From Cenococcum geophilum (lineage: Eukaryota): a DNA stretch of 64,000 nt. Location of the stretch: contig CP158635.1 in assembly GCA_050273025.1 (NCBI GenBank), positions 12,090,001-12,154,000 of the forward strand, written 5' to 3'. The notes below the pieces were generated by a model, which saw only the letters and a list, made by a program, of their open reading frames with translations, did no database searches and was not told the origin of the DNA. Shown piece by piece: positions 61,561 through 64,000 of the stretch (position 1 is its first letter; every line of letters begins with the position of its first letter). A program made the translations under genes and the position numbers.

Positions 61561-62938
61561 TATAGGTTCTTATAGTCGCTAAGGACCTTAATTAGAAATC
61601 CAGCGCCTTCTAGTTCGGGTCGCCATTGTTTAAAATACCTAATAATAGCTAACAATTCCTTATTATAGATCTCGTAGTTATATTTGGCTAGGCTTAGTTG
61701 TTTTAAGAAGTATACTATAGGGTGTAATACTCTATCCTTATTATATTGAGATAGGATGCCTCTAGTGACGTAGTTAGATAAGTCGGCTTCTATAATACTT
61801 ATTTAGTTTAGGTTAAAGTATTAGAGTACGGGCGTAGTAGTAAATATAACCTTTAGATAGGCAAAGGCCTTCTTATATTCCTTATTAAAGACAAAAACTT
61901 TATCCTTTTAGGTTAGAGCTATAAGGGGTAAAACCAGGGCGGAGAAGTTATTAATAAACTATTAGTAGAAATTAGCAAATCCTATAAAGGCTCTTACGTC
62001 CTTAATATTCTTAGGTTCTTACTAGTTTACAATTACTTCGACTTTCTTTAGGTCTATTTATATACCGTTTATAAAAATAAGGAGTTTAAGGTATAGGACT
62101 TCCGTTTTATAGAACTTATATTTATCTACATCTAATTATAGACCAGCTCTATATAGGGCTTATAGGATAAGGTTAACGTGTTTCCAATATTTGGTTAGGT
62201 TATTACTGTATATTAGGATATTATTAATATAAGCAGTATAGAAGATGTCTAGGTAGGGGCGTAGGGTGTTATTTATATAATATTAAAACGAACTTGGGGC
62301 GTTTATAAGGCCAAAGGGTGTTACTAAGTACTTAAATAGTCTATATTGGGTACGAAATGCAGTAAGCTATTTATCCCCTTTTATAATACGGAGACGGTTA
62401 AATATAGAGATAATATCAAGCTTTATGTAGTAATAAGCCTTACTTAGTTAGTTTAGTATCTCCTATATTAACGGGATTAGATATTAATTCTTAATAGTAA
62501 CGGCGTTAAGAGCTTAGTAGTCTATATAAAAGCATAGACCGCCGCCAGGTTTCTTAACGAAGATTACTAGTACGGCTATAGGTGATAAGCTTGCTCTAAT
62601 AAATCCTTTACTTAGGTTCTTATCTAAATACTTTTATAGTACTTAGAGTTCGTTTTAAGACATCCCATATAAGGGTCTAAATCTAGGCTACTTTCCTTCT
62701 TTAAGTACAATCTTATAGTTATACGATCGGTGTTCCGGTAGCTTATTAACTTCCTTTTATAAGAATGCCTCTAGGCGGTTATAGTACTCTACTAGTACCT
62801 TTATAGCAGGGTTGGTGTGCTTCTTTAGTGCTAAGGCCTTCTTAATATCAGCTATAGTAACAGTAAAGATCGTATATTTAGGTTTTTTAGCAAGTTACGC
62901 TAATGAAGTAGCTTTAATTATGCGGATATCTAGGGTAC

Positions 62939-63381
62939 TATAAGAGTATATATATTAGGTCCCGCCGCGCTTGCGACAAGTTCGCAAGCACTCTCAGTCT
63001 TTTTAGCCGTATGGTGACGTAGAGGCGGGCTACGTTACAATTGTGCTTGCGAACTTACCGGGGCTAGGTATTATAGGTTCGATCCCTAGCGGTTACTTCG
63101 CTCTAGTACAGTCTAACACATATCTATGCAATAAGGCGGGTTGGCTAAGTCCGATCGCTTATGTTACTGGGGACTAACTAATATAGTGATACTCTTGGCG
63201 TTTAATCCCTATGGCGCGAACAGGCGCATAGAGGAATCCCTGCGAGCGCTTAAGGACGAGCGCGTAGAGGAGAGGGCAATTGTAAGAGTATATATATTAG
63301 GTCCCGCCGCGCTTACAACAAGTTCGCAAGCACTCTCAGTCTTTTTGGCCGTATGGCGACGTGGAGGCGGGCCACGTTATA
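62939..63381 (+). mobile_element. TRIM (terminal-repeat retrotransposon in miniature): 101-bp LTRs, ~240-bp non-coding interior, 5-bp TSD GGTAC
   Basis: LTRs 62939-63039 and 63281-63381 (TGTAAG..GTTACA, partly RIP'd); GGTAC on both flanks; PPT AGAGGAGAGGG before LTR2. Confidence 0.88.
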
Positions 63382-64000
63382 GGTACCGAGCTCATTTGGC
63401 TCGTCCGTAGTTTCTTATTTAGGTTTAGGTTTAGTGTTAGGTACGGAGTTAGTGTCAGATTTAGGTTTAGGTTCTTTAAGTATTCTTTTTATTATAGAAT
63501 ACTAGTCCTTTTAGTAGTTTTATATGCTAAGCTTAAGTTTCTATTTAGTTTAGGGCGGTGTAGTGCTTAGTAATAACTTATAGAGCTTAGTAGAATTTTT
63601 AGATCCTTGGTGGGTGTTAGTAGAATTCTTATATTAGTAGAATTCGGTAGAAATCTTATATTAGTGGAATCTAGTAAATTCTTTAGATTTTGGTTCTAGG
63701 TCTAAGTAGTAAGTTATAAAGCACTTCTACTTATAACGGGAGGCGGTAAATAGAAGCTTAAGGTTATCCTAATTAATAATCACCTTATATAGCTTTATCT
63801 AGGGTTATTTAAGGATTACTAAGTAACCTAGGGTGGTAACGAAAAGCTTAATTAGTTCTTTATAGTTTAGGTATTAAAGTCTTAGGGTTACCACGTGGGT
63901 AATACGGCCTAAAATGGTGCGTTTACTATTAAATCTAAATACGTTAATATGCCGGTTAAGGGAAATTAGGGTAAAACTATTATCTTATATAAAGATCTTA

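Larger units (their letters stand above)
57952..64000 (-). mobile_element. Second Gypsy (chromovirus) element: 3' LTR 57952-58321, chromodomain, integrase, RNase H, RT; runs off the window
   Basis: LTR TATCACGA...CCCGTAACA with PPT AAGGGGGGGTAC on the minus strand. Chromodomain EYFIKRI..IKWRGFTKSL*EP; RT motifs [11 protein letters not shown] and PFGLINAPSSF. Confidence 0.85.

Overview
Fungal (filamentous ascomycete, probably Dothideomycete-like; inferred from gene style, short GT-AG introns and RIP) genomic window with three zones. (1) 1-10.5 kb is RIP-mutated repeat DNA: a minisatellite, a T-shaped hairpin, a foldback element, two head-to-tail Crypton (tyrosine-recombinase) transposons and a hAT remnant. 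(2) About 11.9-49.1 kb is a gene island. Its core genes are a CLC channel, a GDSL esterase, a retropepsin-like conserved protein, UBP12, NUC1, TIM13, a VIP36-type lectin and a TCD/ThiF enzyme. It is interrupted at ~26.5-42.4 kb by an accessory, immunity-flavoured block: F-box pseudogene, NB-ARC/TPR NLR, beta-lactamase-family hydrolase, two paralogous gene relics, a frameshifted gasdermin-like gene and a membrane protein. (3) 50-64 kb is a nested RIP'd TE stack: Copia > Gypsy > chromovirus Gypsy > Tc1/mariner plus a self-priming TRIM. The most notable unannotated signals are the gasdermin-like pseudogene near an NLR and an ~800-nt highly self-complementary candidate ncRNA between the lectin and TCD genes. 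All calls are by eye; exon and TE boundaries are approximate and no database searches were run.
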